Source: Vicugna vicugna (lineage: Eukaryota). Taken from it: DNA of 64,000 nt. A program made the position numbers and the translations under genes. The notes beneath the pieces were generated by a model. It was not told where the DNA came from. It searched no databases and saw only the letters and a list, made by a program, of their open reading frames with translations. Shown piece after piece: positions 1 through 14,299 of the stretch; the first letter of the stretch is position 1; each line of letters starts with the position of its first letter. The DNA is taken from contig MU057398.1 in NCBI GenBank assembly GCA_013265495.1, positions 1 through 64,000 on the forward strand. The letters run 5' to 3'.

Positions 1-77
1 ACCTCCAGGACAGTATTAAGTGGTAATGGACATTTTGGGCATTTTCAGACTGTTCTTGACTGTAGTTGGGATGCCTA

Positions 78-1660
78 TCAAAATCCCAATGGCTTTTTTA
101 TAGACATGGAAAAGGTGATCCTCAAATTATACAGAATAGCAAGGGCCTCCAAAACTAAAGAAAACATGAAAAAAAGGACAAAATTGGAGGATGCACATTT
201 CCCAATTTCAAAACTTGTTATGAAGGTACAGCAATCAAGACAGTGTGGTCCTGTCACAAGCCCAGACATATGGACAAGTAGACTGGAATTGAGAGTCTAG
301 AAACAAACATATACACATATGGTCACTGATTTTCAACAAGGGTGCCAAGACCATTGGGTGGGAAAAGGACTGTCTTTTCAACAAATGATGCTGGGACAAC
401 TGTGTATCCACATGCAAAAGAAGGAAGCTGAACCTTCACCTCACAACATACATAAAATTAACTCAAAATGGATCAAAGACTTAAATAAAAGAGTTAAAAC
501 TATAAAACTCTTTAAAGAAAACATAGGGGTAAATCCTCATGACCTTTTGTTTGGTAATGGTTTTTAGCTACAACACCAAAAGTGCAAACAACAAAAGAAA
601 AATACATGAATAGGACTTAATCAAAATTTAAAACTTTTAGCATCAAAGAACACTACCAAAAGGGTGAAAAGAATCCATAGAATGGGAGAAAATATTTTCA
701 AATTATTTACCTGATAAGGATCTAGTATCCAAAAAATATATAAAGAACTCTTGTAACTCAACAACAGAAAGACAAACAACCAAATTTTAAAATGAAAAAA
801 AGACTTGAATACAGGTTTTCTCCAAGAAGATATAGAAACAGCCAACAGGCACATAAAAAGATACTCAACATTATTAGTCCTTAGGGAAATGAAAATCAAA
901 ATCACAATGAGATATCACTTCACATCCACTAAGATGGCTATAATATTTTTTAAAGGAAAATAATTAGTGTCACTAAAAATGTGGGGAAACTGGAACCCTC
1001 ATATGTTGTTGGTGGAAATATAAACTGGTGTGGTCACTATGTAAAACAATTTGGTGATTCCTGAATACATTAAATATAAAATTACCATATGACCCATCAA
1101 TTCCATGCCCAGGTATATACCCAAAAGAACTGAAAACATGTATTTAAACAAAAACACGAACAAGAATGTTTATAGAAGCACTATTCACAATAGCTAAAAA
1201 TGGAAACAACCCAAATTTCCTTCAAATGAAGAATGGATAAACAAATGGTATATCCATACAATTGAATGCTATTCAGTCAATTAAAATCAGTGATGTTCTA
1301 ATATATGCTACAACACTTAAAAACCTTAAAAACTCCTTATGCTGAGAAAAAGATGCCAGACACAAAAGACCAAATGTTGTTTGATTTCATTAATATGAAA
1401 TATCCAGAACAGGGCACTTCAAAAAGACACAAAACAGATTAGTGTTTGCCAGGACCTGGGGAGTAGGAGTATAGGAGTGACTGCTTAATGGGTAAAGGTT
1501 TCCTTTTGGGGTGATGAAGTATTCTGGAACTATTTAGTGGTGATGGTTGCAAAACTTTTTGAATATACTAAATGCTGCTGAATTGTAACAACTTTAAAAT
1601 GGTTAAAATAGTAAATTTGATGTTATGTGAATTTTGTCACAATTAAAAAGAAATGGGAAA
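78..1660 (+). mobile_element. LINE-1 3' part (degenerate ORF2 C-terminus and 3' UTR)
   Basis: Broken ORF2-like peptides (KINSKWIKDLN..TIKL, ORF 319-567). Typical L1 3' motifs such as tggaaacaacccaaat and gaatggataaac, ending in an A-rich tract. Confidence 0.9.
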
Positions 1661-2356
1661 AGAAAAATATGGAGGAGAATCATGTAGATTACAAGAGATT
1701 TAAGAGACATCTCTACCAATCACAAGTATGGAACTTCTTTGGTTTCTGATTTGAATAATCAAATGGCTTTTAAATTTTTTAACCATTGTTCAATGTTGTT
1801 TAATGGTTTCTAATGGTTTTTAATACAATTGAAGCAGCTTGATCACTAACTGGATACTTAATGATATTAGGAAATAATTTTTAGGTGTGACAATGGTATT
1901 GTAGTTGGTTATTGAGTCCTCATCTTTTAAAAGCAAGTACTGAAATATTTACTGATGAACATATGGAGATATAGATATAAAAATTATAGATGAATATATA
2001 TATATATAAAGAGAAAAAAAGAGCAAAAATTGGCAAACTAAAAAGAAAAATAGGCAAATCCACACCCGAGATTTCAACACACCTCCCTCAGTAACAGAGG
2101 ACAAGCATACATGCAAACATCAGTAAGGATTTAGAAGATTTGAACAACATAATCAACATGCTTAACCTAATTGTATTCTACACTCAACAACTACAGAATA
2201 TACATTCCTTTCAAATATTAGCCTTATGCTGGAACATATTAAGTGTCAACAAACTGCAAAGGAGTTGAATCATATAGAATATGTTCTCTGACCACAGTGC
2301 AGCTAGGCTAAAAATGAAACTAGAAAATTCCTAAATGCTTAAAAATAAAGAATATA

Positions 2357-4844
2357 CAAGTGTACCTCATTCTGTTGCACTTTACATGACAGTTCTTACA
2401 AAATGAAGATTTGTGGCAACCCCCTGTTGAGCAAGTCTATTGGTGCCATTTTTCTAACAGCGTTTCCCCACTTCCTGTCTCTGTGTCACATTTCGGTGAT
2501 TCTCATAGTTCAGACTTTTTCAGTATCATATTTATCATGGTGATCTATGATCAGTGATCTTTGATATTACTATTGTAATTGTTTGGGGGGCACCATGAAC
2601 CACACCCACATGAGACGGCAAAATTAATACATAAATGTATGTGTTCTGACTGCTCCACCAACCGGTTGTCTCCCCTATCTCTCCCTCTCCTTGGGCCTCC
2701 CCATTCCCAGAGACACAACAACAGTGAAATTAAGCCAACTAATAACCCCAAAGTGGTCTCTAAGTGTTCAAGTGCAAGGAAGAGTCACATGCCTCTCATT
2801 TTAAATCAAAAGCTAGAAATGATTAAGCTTAGTGAAGAAGGTATGTCCGAAAGCTGAGATAGGCCAAAAGTTAGACTTCCTGTGCCAAAGAGTCAGCCAA
2901 GTTGTGACTGCAAAGGAGAAGTTCTTGAAGGAAATTAAAAATGCTACTCCAGTGAGCACAAAAGTGATAACAAAGAGAAACTGCCTTATTGCTAATCTGG
3001 AGAAAGTTGGATAGAAGATCAAACCAGCCACAACATTCCCTTAAGCCAAAGCCTAATCCATAACCAGGCCTGAACTCTCTTCAATTCTGTGAAGGCTGAG
3101 AGATGAGAAAGCTGCAGAAAAAAAGTTTGAAGCCAGCAGAGTTTGGTTCATGAGGTTTAAGAAAAGAAGCAAAATCTAGAACATAAAAGTGCAAAGTGAA
3201 GCAGCAAGTGCTGATGTAGAAGCTGCAGCAAGTTTTCCAGAAGATCCAGCTCAGATCATTCATGAAGGTGTCTACACTGAACAACAGATTTTCAATGGAG
3301 ATGAAACAGCCTTCTTTTTTTTTAATTTTTTATTGAAGTACATACAGTCAGTTACAATATGTCAATTTCTGGTGCACAGCACAATGTCCCAGTCATGCAT
3401 ATACATACATATATTCATTTTAACAGCCTTCTACTGAAAGAAGATGCCATCTAGGATTTTCATAACTAGAGAGAAGTCAATGCCTGACTTCAAAGCTTCA
3501 AAAGACAGCCTGACTCTTGTTAGGAGCTAATGCAGCTGATGACTCTAAATTGAAGCCACTGGTCATTTACCATTCTGAAAATTCTAGGGCCCTTAAGAAT
3601 GATGTTAAATCTACTCTGCCTGTGCTCTATAAATGCAACAACAAAGCCTGGATGACACCACATCTGTTTACAACCTGGTTTACTGACTATTTTAAGCCCG
3701 TTGTTGAGATCTACTGCTCAGAAAAAAAAAGATTCCTTTCAAAATATCACTGCTCAGTGACGGTTCACCTGATCACCCAAGACCTCTGGAGATGGACAAT
3801 GAGATTAATGTTTTCATGTCTGATAACACTACATCCATTCTGCAGCCCATGGATCAAGGGGAAATTTCAACTTTCAGCCCATATTATTTAAGATCTATAT
3901 TTTGTAAGGGTATAGCTGCCATTGATAGTGATTCTTCTGATGCATCTAGGCAAAATAAATTGAAAGCTTTCTGGAAATGATTTGTCATTCTTGATACCAT
4001 GAGTAACATTTATGATTCATGGGAAGAAGTAATAATATCAACAGTAACGGGTTTGGAAGAAGTTAATTCCAACCTTCGTGGATGACTTTGAGGGGTTCAG
4101 GATGTCAGTGGAGGAAGTAACTGCAGATGTGGTGCAAATAGCAAGAGAACTAGAATTAGAAGTGGAGCCTGGAGATGTGACTGAATTTCTGCAATCTCAT
4201 GATGAAACTTTAACAGATGAGAAGTTGCTTCTTATGGATGAACAAAGGAAGTGGTTTCTTGAGATAAAATCTACTCCTGGTGAAGATGCTGTGAAGATTG
4301 TTGAAGTGATAGCAAAGGATTTAGAATAATACATAAACTTACTTGATAGAGCAATGGCAGGGTTTGAGAGCGCTGACTCCAGTTTTGAAGGAAGTTCTGC
4401 TGTGGGTAAAGTGCTATCAAACAGCATTGCACACTACAGAGAAATTGTTTGTGAAACAAGAGTCAATTGATGTGGGAAGTTTCATTGTTGTCTTATTTTA
4501 AGAAATTATCACAACCACCCCAGCCTTCAGCAACCACCACTCTGATCAGTCAGCAACCATCAACATTGAGGAAAGACCCTTCACTAGCAAAAAGAATATG
4601 ATATGCTGAAGGCTAAGTTGATAGTTAGCATTTTTTTAGCAATTAAGCATTTTTAATTAAGGCATGTACATTGTTTTTTAGACCTAATGCTATTGCACAC
4701 TTAATAGACTACCATATAGTGTAAACATAACTTTTACATGCACTGCACTGAGAAACCAAAAAATTTTGTGATTCACTTTATTGTGATACTCACTTTATTG
4801 CAGTGATCTGGAACCAAACCTGCAATATCTATGAGGTATGCTTG
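2357..4844 (+). mobile_element. Tigger1 (pogo-like DNA transposon), near full length, transposase disrupted
   Basis: Degenerate TIRs caagtgtacctca / tgaggtatgcttg flanked by TA (2355-56, 4845-46). Transposase fragments include [54 protein letters not shown] and DDFEGF. Confidence 0.95.
3316..3421 (-). mobile_element. Short 5'-truncated young L1 3' tail inserted in Tigger1
   Basis: Poly-T followed by attgaagta..cagtcagttacaat. Exact target-site duplication aacagccttct at 3305-3315 and 3422-3432. Confidence 0.85.
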
Positions 4845-5719
4845 TACTTCTAAATAACCTATGAATCAAAGAAGAAATAACAATGGAAAGTAACTGAATG
4901 ATCATGAAAATGTTGCACATCAAAAGTGTGGTATCTAGTAGCAGCTAATGCTGCCCATAAAGGAAAAATTATAGCCCTAAAATACACATAGTAGAAAATA
5001 CAAAAAGCTGAAGGTAAATGATCTAACCTTACATCTCAAGACAAAAAAAGCATCTCCTGTTAGAAACAGAATAGCAGACTAAACCCAAAGAAAAGAGAAG
5101 GAAAGAAATAAAAAAGACAAGTACAGATTCCTTTGTCAGGAACACAACTTAAAAGTGATACTCTTCACTGCAACACACATCCCATTAGCCAGAACTTAGT
5201 CACATGGACACATTGAGCTGCAAAGGAGGCTTGGACATGTAGTTTCTTCCTGGACAGTCATGTGCATAGCTAAGCTGCAGGAGTTCTACTGTCAAAGGAA
5301 GCAAGAAATCATACTGGTGCACAATTAAGCCTCTGTCATAGGCATGTGGAAACACCAGTCAGACACCCAAGTGGAGATGCTGAGTTGAATACATTAGTCT
5401 GGAACTCAAGGGAGTACCCAGGGCTACAGATGGGAATGCAGGAGTCACCAGCATATAGGTGGTATTTGAACCACGAGACAGAATGACATCATAGAGGAGC
5501 ATACAGAGAGAAGAAACAGGAACCCAATCTTAGAAACTGGGCACAGAAGAAGGATTCAGTACCTCAGGATAGCGTGGTGCCCTTTGTCAGACAGAAAGGG
5601 CTGGGGGGAGGAGGAGATTTGGGGGGGAAATAAAAATCAAGATGAAAATAATGTAAATAAGGTGCATTTAGAGAGACTTGGAGGTAGCATCAGCTATTTT
5701 CCCAAACCAACATCAACTT

Positions 5720-6156
5720 TAATAGTATACTCACAACCAGTTATCTTACCAGCAAAAGTGCATTTTTTCAGGAATAATCAAAGGAATTGCAATTCAGGAA
5801 ATGCAAGCTATGTCAGACCATAGTCAAATTCAAAGAATAAGGAAGGAGAACTTGCTTTTAAAGGGAAAAGTGGGAAGTTGGGAAGGACTGTAATAACCAA
5901 AGTGTCCACTGGAGGAGATGGGAGTCCAAACTATGGAGGTGTCTCATTGGTTGGGCTGCTACAGTCTCTGACTGGCTGGGCTCTGTGAGGCAAAGGGAAG
6001 TTTTCTTCTTCCTGTTGGATACTAAAGTAGATGCAACTTCCTATAGGAGATGTAGACAATCTCTTCCTGTCTGGAGCAACTGATGCACAGCAGGGTGTGA
6101 GAGCACCCCCTATAGGCCTGTCCCAACTCCAATTTTAGCTGTTCTTTAATTTCACA
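5720..6156 (-). mobile_element. Probable ERV solo-LTR fragment
   Basis: Minus strand begins TGTGAAATTAAAGAAC and contains CCAAT-like motifs and LTR-like composition. The far boundary is uncertain. Confidence 0.45.
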
Positions 6157-6199
6157 TCATTCAAAACTATTATTTTAATCAACATATAATATGCCATCA

Positions 6200-8060
6200 T
6201 TTAAACATGTCATCATTCTCCATTGTTTGATATTTGGCTTGACTGTAATTTCTCATTATTAGAAATAACACTATGTTGAAATTTCTTGTTTTAATATTTT
6301 TGCACATGTCTAACTATTTCTTTAAGATAAATTCGAAGAAGTATAATTATGGGGTCAAATAGAATGAGGACTTTTAAAGCTTGTGGTATGTTGTACAAAA
6401 CTTTGCCTCCAGAAAGGCCGTTCCAATTTACCACAGTAGTATACCACATTATTTCCCTTTGCCCTTTCAACTGTAGAGATTATCATCCTAAAAAGGAAAA
6501 AGATATCTTACCAACTTATCAATAGAAAATGGTGTCTCTGTATCTTAATTTCATTCTGTTTGATTACTTTTGAGATTCAACTTTTTTTCTTCTTTATTTG
6601 CCGCTTATGTTTCTTCTTTGGTGAAATCACATTCAAATGTGGGGTGCAAGGTTCTATATGTCCATTAAATCAAGCCTGTCCATTGTGCTGCTCATATTCT
6701 GTGTTTCTTATTGTACTTGGCCCATTTTTATATTATGATCATCTTTTTCTTATTGATTCACATGAGCTCTTTATGTATTAAAGATATTAACCCTTTTGTC
6801 TGTTTTATATTTTGCAAATTATTTCCCCAGTTTGCTATTGGCTTTCTGTTTATGGTAGGCTGTACATTTTTATAGCCCCAAATCTATCACTCTGCCTTTA
6901 TGATTTCTTCACTTAAATTTATTTATGCTTTGAAAGCCCTCTCTACCTCCAATTCAGAGAAATAGCCACCTCTTTTTTCTACCAGGTTTTTTATGATTTC
7001 TATATCTAATTATTTTATACATTTAGAATTATTTTAGTATATGGTAACATCTTGATTTTACTCCAAATATTGAAACACTTTACTACTTCTTAGAAAATCA
7101 GAAAGTGCATATTTGCCTCTGTAAAGAAATTTCATAATTAGGTTAACATCATAGTGAAAGCTACGTTTGCTTGCTTATTCCTCCAAACCAAATTCAGTTC
7201 TGCTGAAGACTCTAAGCCTGTTAAATATTTTAGCTTAATGAAAGTGAGATGAGGCTGGACTAGAATTATAAACACCATTCTTTAAGCAACTCACTTACTC
7301 AAAGTGAGTTTTTCTTTCTTTTATCGTGTTTTCTTTGGCAAAGTAACAGTAACCACTTTACAAGAGGGATTTTGTGTTGTGCTCCCATTCTTTCCTTGAA
7401 GAGAGAAACTTTTCAAGTTAAAAAAAAGCCAGAAAGAAATTCATGGACTGCTATTTCCTTTTAATATCACACACGAAAACTCATATGAAAATTCTCTCTA
7501 TTTAATATTATTTGGGGCATTAATTTCTACTGTAATTGCACCATATTTGGGAAATGTTGTATAGTATAAATTCTTTGAAATGTGTTGAGACTGATTTTAT
7601 GACTTACCATGTTGTCAATAATTTTTAAGTGGTATACATATACTTGAAAAGAATATGTACTCTCCAAATATGGGGTGCAAGTTTCTATATGTCTATTAGA
7701 TCAAGCCTATCTGTTATGCTGTTCATCTTCTGTGTATCTTACTGTGTATTTTACTTCAGTGTGTCTTACTGACTTTTTGTCCAATTAAAATCTTAACTTC
7801 TGGGAGGAGTGGATTAAATTTTCCTAATATTATAGTGGTTCTGTCAATTTTGCTCTGTATTTCTATCAAATTTTACTTTATACGTTTTGAACATATATTA
7901 TCAGGTGATTCAAGCTGTAAATTGATTTAGCCTCTAATGAAATGAAACTTTTACCATTATCGAATGACCTTCTTTGTCTCTAGAACTGCTACTTGCTCTA
8001 AAGTTTCTTTTGTCTAAGAGTAATATAGCTACCCCAGCTTCTTACCCTTTCCCTTTGCCC
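6200..8060 (-). mobile_element. Ancient L1 (L1M-type) fragments, antisense
   Basis: T-rich antisense L1 motifs such as gagctctttatgtattaaagatattaaccct, tgtgttgagactgattttatg and aatatagctaccccagctt. Confidence 0.65.
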
Positions 8061-8419
8061 TATATCTGGGAGGCCAGTGTTTCCAAAGGAGCCACTGTAG
8101 GATTTCAAGCAGCCACATAACATGATTTATATTTGAATTTTTGAGTGGTCACTCAGGCAGTTATATGGAGGATGGATTAGAACAATGTGAAACCTTGGAT
8201 GCTGTTACAATAGTTTCTAGCATGGGACTTTTCCATCCATCTATCATATTCTGGGACTTGACTTTCATCTTTAGGCTTCTAATCATGGATGCAAGATGGC
8301 TATTGCCATCCTAGACATCACATCCTTTATAACAATGCCCTCAAAAAGGAAGGCTGAGTGAGGAAAAGGCCCTTCTCTCTCTTCTTATTTTATCAGGGAG
8401 AAAATTCTGGATTAGAGGT

Positions 8420-8794
8420 GCCTCTGTTTGTGTCCTCCCAAAATTCATATGTTGACATCTAATGCCCAATGTGATGGTATTTGGAGGTGGAGCCTTTGGG
8501 AGATAATTAGGTTGGATGAGAACATGAGGGTGGAGTCATCATGAATGGGATCAGTACCCTTATGAAAAGAGGATAAAAAGCTAACTTGCTCCTGTTTTGC
8601 TACCATGTGAGGATACTACAAGTCAGTAACTCAGAAGAGGGCCTTCACCAGACACCAACTCTGCTTATGCCTTGAACTTGGACTTCCAGCCCCTAGAGCC
8701 ATGAAAAATAAATTTCTGTTGTTGATAAGTCACCTGGTGGTATTTTGTATTGGTATAAGGTATTTTGTTCTAGCAGCCCGAATGGACTAAGACA
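8420..8794 (+). mobile_element. MLT1A-type MaLR solo LTR
   Basis: Starts tgtttgtgtcctcccaaaattcatatgttga, contains aataaatttctgttg, ends agcagcccgaatggactaagaca. Confidence 0.85.
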
Positions 8795-9734
8795 CTGTGG
8801 AAGCTGTAGATGGAAATAACCAGAGATGGGTCATCATATACGTGTGGAGGTCAGAGGAGAGGTTTGGGCAGGAGTAGAGGTTCAGAAGTCAGTAGCAAAA
8901 GAGAGTGGGAGGTCATGGACAGGGATAGGAGAGAAGCAAGTGAGCATGACATCTTGGAAGAAGAAGAGAGGGTCCACAGTGTCATATCATAGGAGTCCCA
9001 GTAAATGGGGCTTATTTATCAGGCCTTTCATGAGCACCTACTTGCTTTCAGGCACTGTGCTGATTCTTATAGGTTCAGAAGAGTATAATCCATCACCGTC
9101 TTTGGGCTGAATATGCACTCCAGACCCTGATCTAAGCAGCAAAAACCACAGGTCATGGAGAGAATGCAGAATGGAAACTGAGACTACCTGGACTGCAGTT
9201 CTAGTGCCTCTGACCTGCCGATGCTGATACACGTGCTGAACTCAGGTAGAAAGGGAAAACTCCCAAGTTTTATTTTGAAGGCAAGACCCTCAGCTCTCCA
9301 AAGCATTAAAGCCTCGTAAGGGTATTGCAACAAATCAAAGCCTGGTCCCAGTACTTTCCTGAGGGGTGCACAGACCTTAGAATAATATCATCGTCCCCTA
9401 ACACACCACATACTCAGCTGCCATGGGGCCAGAGAGCTCAGGTTGCCAAGCCTGTACTTTTTTTTGCTGGTGAGAAAACCTCCTTGGGCAGTGAGATAAA
9501 ATAGAAACTTTTCTGGAAGTGGGATGATTTTAAATACCCTACCGTAAAGTTAATATAGTTAGGTCTCTGAGATAATCCTAAAGGCCTGGAGCCATGTGTT
9601 CCAAGACTAGGCCAAGGGATTTAGATTTATTGCCTTCTTTGCTCCTTGCTCCTCATTGCTACTTCTGGATCATTTTTCTTCCTCCTCCCTAAAGGTCTCT
9701 AATTCCTTTGAATTCCTGCATGCTATCAGGCTCC

Positions 9735-9873
9735 TGGTGACCAGATTTAGCAAATAAAAAGACTGAAAGCCTATTTAAATTTGAATTTCCCATAAGTGAT
9801 ACTTATTTTTAGTATAATATGTCCCATGCATATTCAAATTTAACTGGACTTCCGTATTTTCACCTGGCAGCCC
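9735..9873. mobile_element. MER53-like palindromic hAT MITE, internally deleted
   Basis: ccagatttagcaaataaaaa..aaatttgaattt paired with attcaaatttaactgga..tttcacctggcagccct. Confidence 0.7.
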
Positions 9874-11267
9874 TATACACGAACACTATCCCTCTTTACC
9901 CAGCCTAGATTCCTTGGCCCTGGGCAACAGTGGCTCTTGAGTCCCTATGGTGTACTCACCTAGCTCAACCTTAACCTTGTAGATATAATGAAGCATTCAA
10001 GAAGTTCAGGAGTCTTTAAAATGTAATCCACTTTTTTGCTTTGCCCCATGTTGTGATCTATCTAGATTCTCTCTACAAACTGCTATTAAGTCAGCATAAC
10101 TCAATCATTCTCTCCTCTTAAAACCACATAAATCATAGACACCTCCCTTATCCCTGATTTTAACAATACAGAGAAGGAATGATCATTTCAACTGATTGTC
10201 CACTTCTTCCAAGAGGGGATCAACGCCAAGGCCATCACACTTCACAAGCCCAGGCACCATCAAAGCCGGATTCTCTTTCCCTAGGCTGTTCCTCATCACC
10301 CAGACTCTCATCTGCATAAGGTGCTACATATACAGCCCCTAATCTGGCTTCAACTCCCACTGCCCCTTGCACTTGTGTGTGCTGGGAGATTTAGGGGACT
10401 GCCAGCAGCAAAACCCTTCATCCTCACCCTCTGCTGTGCCCCTCACTTTCTTGTGCTAACTGAAACCTTCCTCTGTGTCCCAATAGCATTGTTTCCCCTG
10501 CAATCCGTTCAGGCAGATGCCCATTCGGACCTCACACTCTGCAGGTAGAGTTGGTGCCCTTCCTGATCCCAAGCCCCACCCCCTTTTAGCACCTGCCATC
10601 TGACTAGAGGACACATGACCCCTCCCCACTGCAGTCATCTGCTGATGTCCTTGTCATCTCCCATCCCTTGTCTTCCTCACCACTAGTTCTGATCTGGCTC
10701 CTCAGGACTCCAGAACCCTAGTAAATTGTTTGTCCAATATCTTGGTCTGTCCATCCCACATCTTTCTCACCTCCTAAGACATTCTCAGCCATGCTGCCTC
10801 AGCCACCCATTGCTATGGTCATATCCCTTTTTTCCTACTACTAACTGATGCCAAGAATCCCACTCCCCTTCCATGTCTCCTACACATTCACCCAATTCCC
10901 TAACAATTACTCAGCCCCACCATTGAGCCTCCCACCTTCTCATCATCTGCAACCCTGAATGTCCTCACAGTTCTCTTTACCCTGCTTAAACTCCACAAAC
11001 CTGCATAATGATCACTCCTTCATTCCACTCTCCTCACATCTCACTCACCTGGTTTAACCCCAACACAGTGCTACTGCTGCCGACTGGTTTCCCTTTAAAT
11101 GCATCACCATTAATCTCTTAGAGCTGCTCAACAATCCTGCTACATTTTCCTATTCAGTTCACTCTCCCAGTTGGCTATTTCACATTGTCTCCTCTCTTCA
11201 AATATACTACTCTTCTCCTTCTCAACTCAGCTGATCATACCAGTACAGCATAATATTGCCCAATTTG

Positions 11268-11309
11268 AAAACAAAACAAAACAAAACAAAACAAAACAAA
11301 ACAAAACAA
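11268..11309. repeat. (AAAAC)n microsatellite
   Basis: About 8 tandem AAAAC units. Confidence 0.95.
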
Positions 11310-11753
11310 GGATCTCTCTTAATCCTACATCCCACTCCAGTTTCCATTTCATTTCTCCATCCCTTTTTAAGGAACATTCTTTGAAAGATCTGTTCCCACA
11401 TCCTGTCTCCACTTCCTCCCTGCCTGATCTTTCTTTAACCCACTGTATTAAGCTTCCGTCCATACCCACCACTGCAATAGCTCTTGCCAAAATCAGCAAT
11501 GACTTTTCTCTTGCTAAATACAATATAATTTCTCAGTCTTCAGCTCTCAAACTCTTCAGAAACATTCAATATAGTTTGATCATCCTGCTTTTTTCAAACT
11601 CTATTCCCCCAGCTTCCATAACACTTCCGACCCCAGGAGGATGTACCTCCTGCTTCTCCTTCCACTTTGTCTGCCCCTCCTCATACTCCTATCTCTAAAT
11701 CTAGGTTTAGTCTTCAGCTGCCTTCTGTTCCCAGCTACACTCACCCTCAAGGA

Positions 11754-11938
11754 GAGTGGTTTTCCAAGTGTGGGACCAGGAACATCACCATCCCCTGGGA
11801 GCCTGATGGGAAAGCAAATTCTTGGATGATGCCTCTGACTTACTGAATCAGAACTTCTGGAGGTGAGGCCAAGTAGTCTGTGTTTCACCAGCCTTTCTGG
11901 TGGTTCTAGTGCACCCTCAAGTTTGAGAACCTCTGCTC
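11754..11938. mobile_element. MER5A-type hAT-Charlie MITE
   Basis: gagtggttttccaagtgtgg...tactgaatcagaac...aagtttgagaacctctg. Confidence 0.75.
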
Positions 11939-14039
11939 TAGGTCATTTCAGTCAACTCCATGGCTTTAAGTGCCATCTGTTTCACTTCAAAATGCACTTG
12001 GCTACCAACAACAAACCCAACAAGAAACCTTCTTTGAGCACCTGCCTAAAGTAACCCTCGAGTCCTTCAACATCTTATCACATCATCCTACTCTGTTCTC
12101 ATTGGAGATTTGTCACCATTTGAAGTTATACTAAATATTTATTTTCTTACTTGTGTATGGTCTGTTTCCCTCGTGAGAATATAAGCTGTCAGACCAGGAG
12201 CCTTTATGCCCAGCTTGCCGAGGCTAGCAGATAGAAGGTGCTCAGTACATGTGTGCTGGCTGATGGAGTTCAGCCACGGTAAGTCCACACGGTGGGCACA
12301 TTCCTATATGCCAATCAAATCCTTTTAACTTGTTTCCCAGGCAAGTTAGTGGCAGAATCCTCCTCTGTCAGGTGACCCTGCCCTCTCTCCAACTTACCCC
12401 TGATGGTTTTCTACACCACAGCCCTGGGGGATGCCCCAGGGAAGGCCCTGCAGACGAGGAACTATGTGATCCAACTTTTTCAGGTCCAACTCTATCTCAG
12501 CCCTGTAATCCAAAAAAAAATACTGTCAAAAATAACTCATGTTTTCCTCTTCTTTAAATATACTACTCCCATTGTGTACGACTCCCACAGTATACTACTC
12601 CCAGTGGGAGTCTTCAAGCCAGAGTCAGCCCTCAGAGAAGTCCTGTGTCTCCTGGGAAGCAGCTGGCCTGAGTGCCCTAGCAGCACTCAGCCATTAGTGA
12701 GAAGCAGTACAAACATGATGATAGACTTCAGAGTATGGCAGCTGGGGCCCTTGGGCAGTGATGCTCCCTGCAGTCCAAAATGTGAGAGGCACAGTCTCAT
12801 ATTATGTTTTTAGCAAATGCTCTTTATTGTTATCAGTTCTAAACTCTGAAGAAAATCCCACAAGTAAAGAGAACTGTAGTGAAGATGCTGCTAACTAGCC
12901 ATTTGGTCCAGCTATTAGCCTCTTTGTACCTCCATTTCTCATCTCTATGACATAAGAAGCAGTAGCAAGCAGTACCTATATATTTCACAAATTTGCAACA
13001 AATGCAAAGGGCCAAAGGATGTTAAAACAAGCTATTGGATGTAAATAATCCACAAAAGTACAGAAAAAATGATAACCAGTGTTACCTATACCAGTGAGAG
13101 TACAACCCATTTCACTGGGGTGTAGGATTATTAAGTTAACTGTTGTCTTTAGGCTTTGACAGAACTCCAAGGGTATACTAACTGGGAAGAGGGTGAAAGT
13201 GTGATGAAGAGAGACAGCCAAAGCCCCAGAGCCTGGGGGCAGAGCACCCAGCAAAGCTTGCAGATTACAAAGGGTGATTCCTAACTTTCTTGGAATGTTA
13301 AGCCCATCTCAGTGTGTATTAGAGGCAGGCTAGTAGATTTCAGACTGAAGGAGGCAAAGATGTGACCTGAGAGGGACAGCTTTCTACATTCCAACTAATG
13401 ACAGAGAAGAATGTTACCCTAGACTTAATGAAGGAAATAGTATGAGAAGGAAGCTATAAAGTACAAGAGAGTATTTTGACAAATCAGCAATCAGTAGTTT
13501 CTGATAAGTGGAAATGCCTCAAAAGCTGAGTCCAGGCCCCAGAAATTTCAGAACATCAAACAGAGGAATAATAGGAGAAAAACAAAATGGATGACAACAA
13601 ATCTGCAGAAGATGCCTGCATCTTTCCACCCAGAGTGAGAGTGAGTGGGGACCAAAGATTTTGCTCCACAGGACTGATACAGGGACTGGGAAGAAATAAA
13701 TGCAGAGTCGTAAGGGATTGGAGAAGAATGTGACGTGCAAGAGCTGAAGGTGAGACTCATCCAACAGAGAGGAAACCTGACCAGATAGAAAAACTGGAAC
13801 TTGTGGAGAAGGAGCAGCTCCCTTACAGAAGGAGCCACCGAAAGTACAACTGAGAGCAAGAAATGTACTCTGGTCCAAAAGGGAAGAACTAAACTGAGAT
13901 TACGTCCCTTTAGGATTTATGCACACCACCTAACAGAGACCTGGCACATTGGTTCTCAGCAAATATTTGTTGAGTGAGTGAATGAATGAACAGATGAGAG
14001 TTCATATACTGGACAAAAAAGTCATAATCTTTCCCAAGT

Positions 14040-14157
14040 CTAAACAGACTAGAATGGTAAGATAAAACAGATAATCAACAAGGGCCTACTGTCTAGCACA
14101 GGAAACTAGAGCCAATGTCTTGTAATAACCTATAATGGAAAAGAATCTGAAAATATA

Positions 14158-14210
<53 letters not shown>

Positions 14211-14275
14211 CTGAATCGCTTTGCTATACACCTGAAACTAACATTATAAATCAACTACACTTCAATTTAAATTTT
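14040..14275 (+). mobile_element. L1 3' tail containing a (TG)n(TA)n microsatellite (about 14153-14209)
   Basis: gataatcaacaagggcctactg..ataacctataatggaaaagaatctgaaaa, then (TA)n, then ctgaatcgctttgctatacacctgaaactaac. Confidence 0.85.
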
Positions 14276-14299
14276 TTTAATTCAACATGGATAAATATC

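Larger units (their letters stand above)
2030..5130 (+). mobile_element. Old LINE-1 ORF2 endonuclease-region fragment, split by Tigger1
   Basis: L1 EN-like sequence (atgttctctgaccacagtgc...ctaaatgcttaaaaataaagaatata) resumes after 4846 as cttctaaataacctatgaatcaaagaagaaat. Confidence 0.7.
10340..12265 (+). mobile_element. LINE-2 (L2) fragments
   Basis: C/T-rich L2 body motifs and an L2-like 3' end (ctggtgctcagtacatgtgtgctggctga). Interrupted by a MER5 and an (AAAAC)n tract. Confidence 0.6.

Noticed and set aside
2579..4459. Tigger transposase ORFs as a domesticated TIGD-type gene
   Set aside because: Multiple frameshifts and stops, an L1 insertion, and retained TIRs mark it as a decayed transposon copy.
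7288..7310. Small hairpin aactcactt-actca-aagtgagtt
   Set aside because: A 9-bp stem in AT-rich DNA is expected by chance in 64 kb.
11171..11698. 175-aa ORF
   Set aside because: Lies in L2 debris and runs through the (AAAAC)n tract. No protein-family signal.
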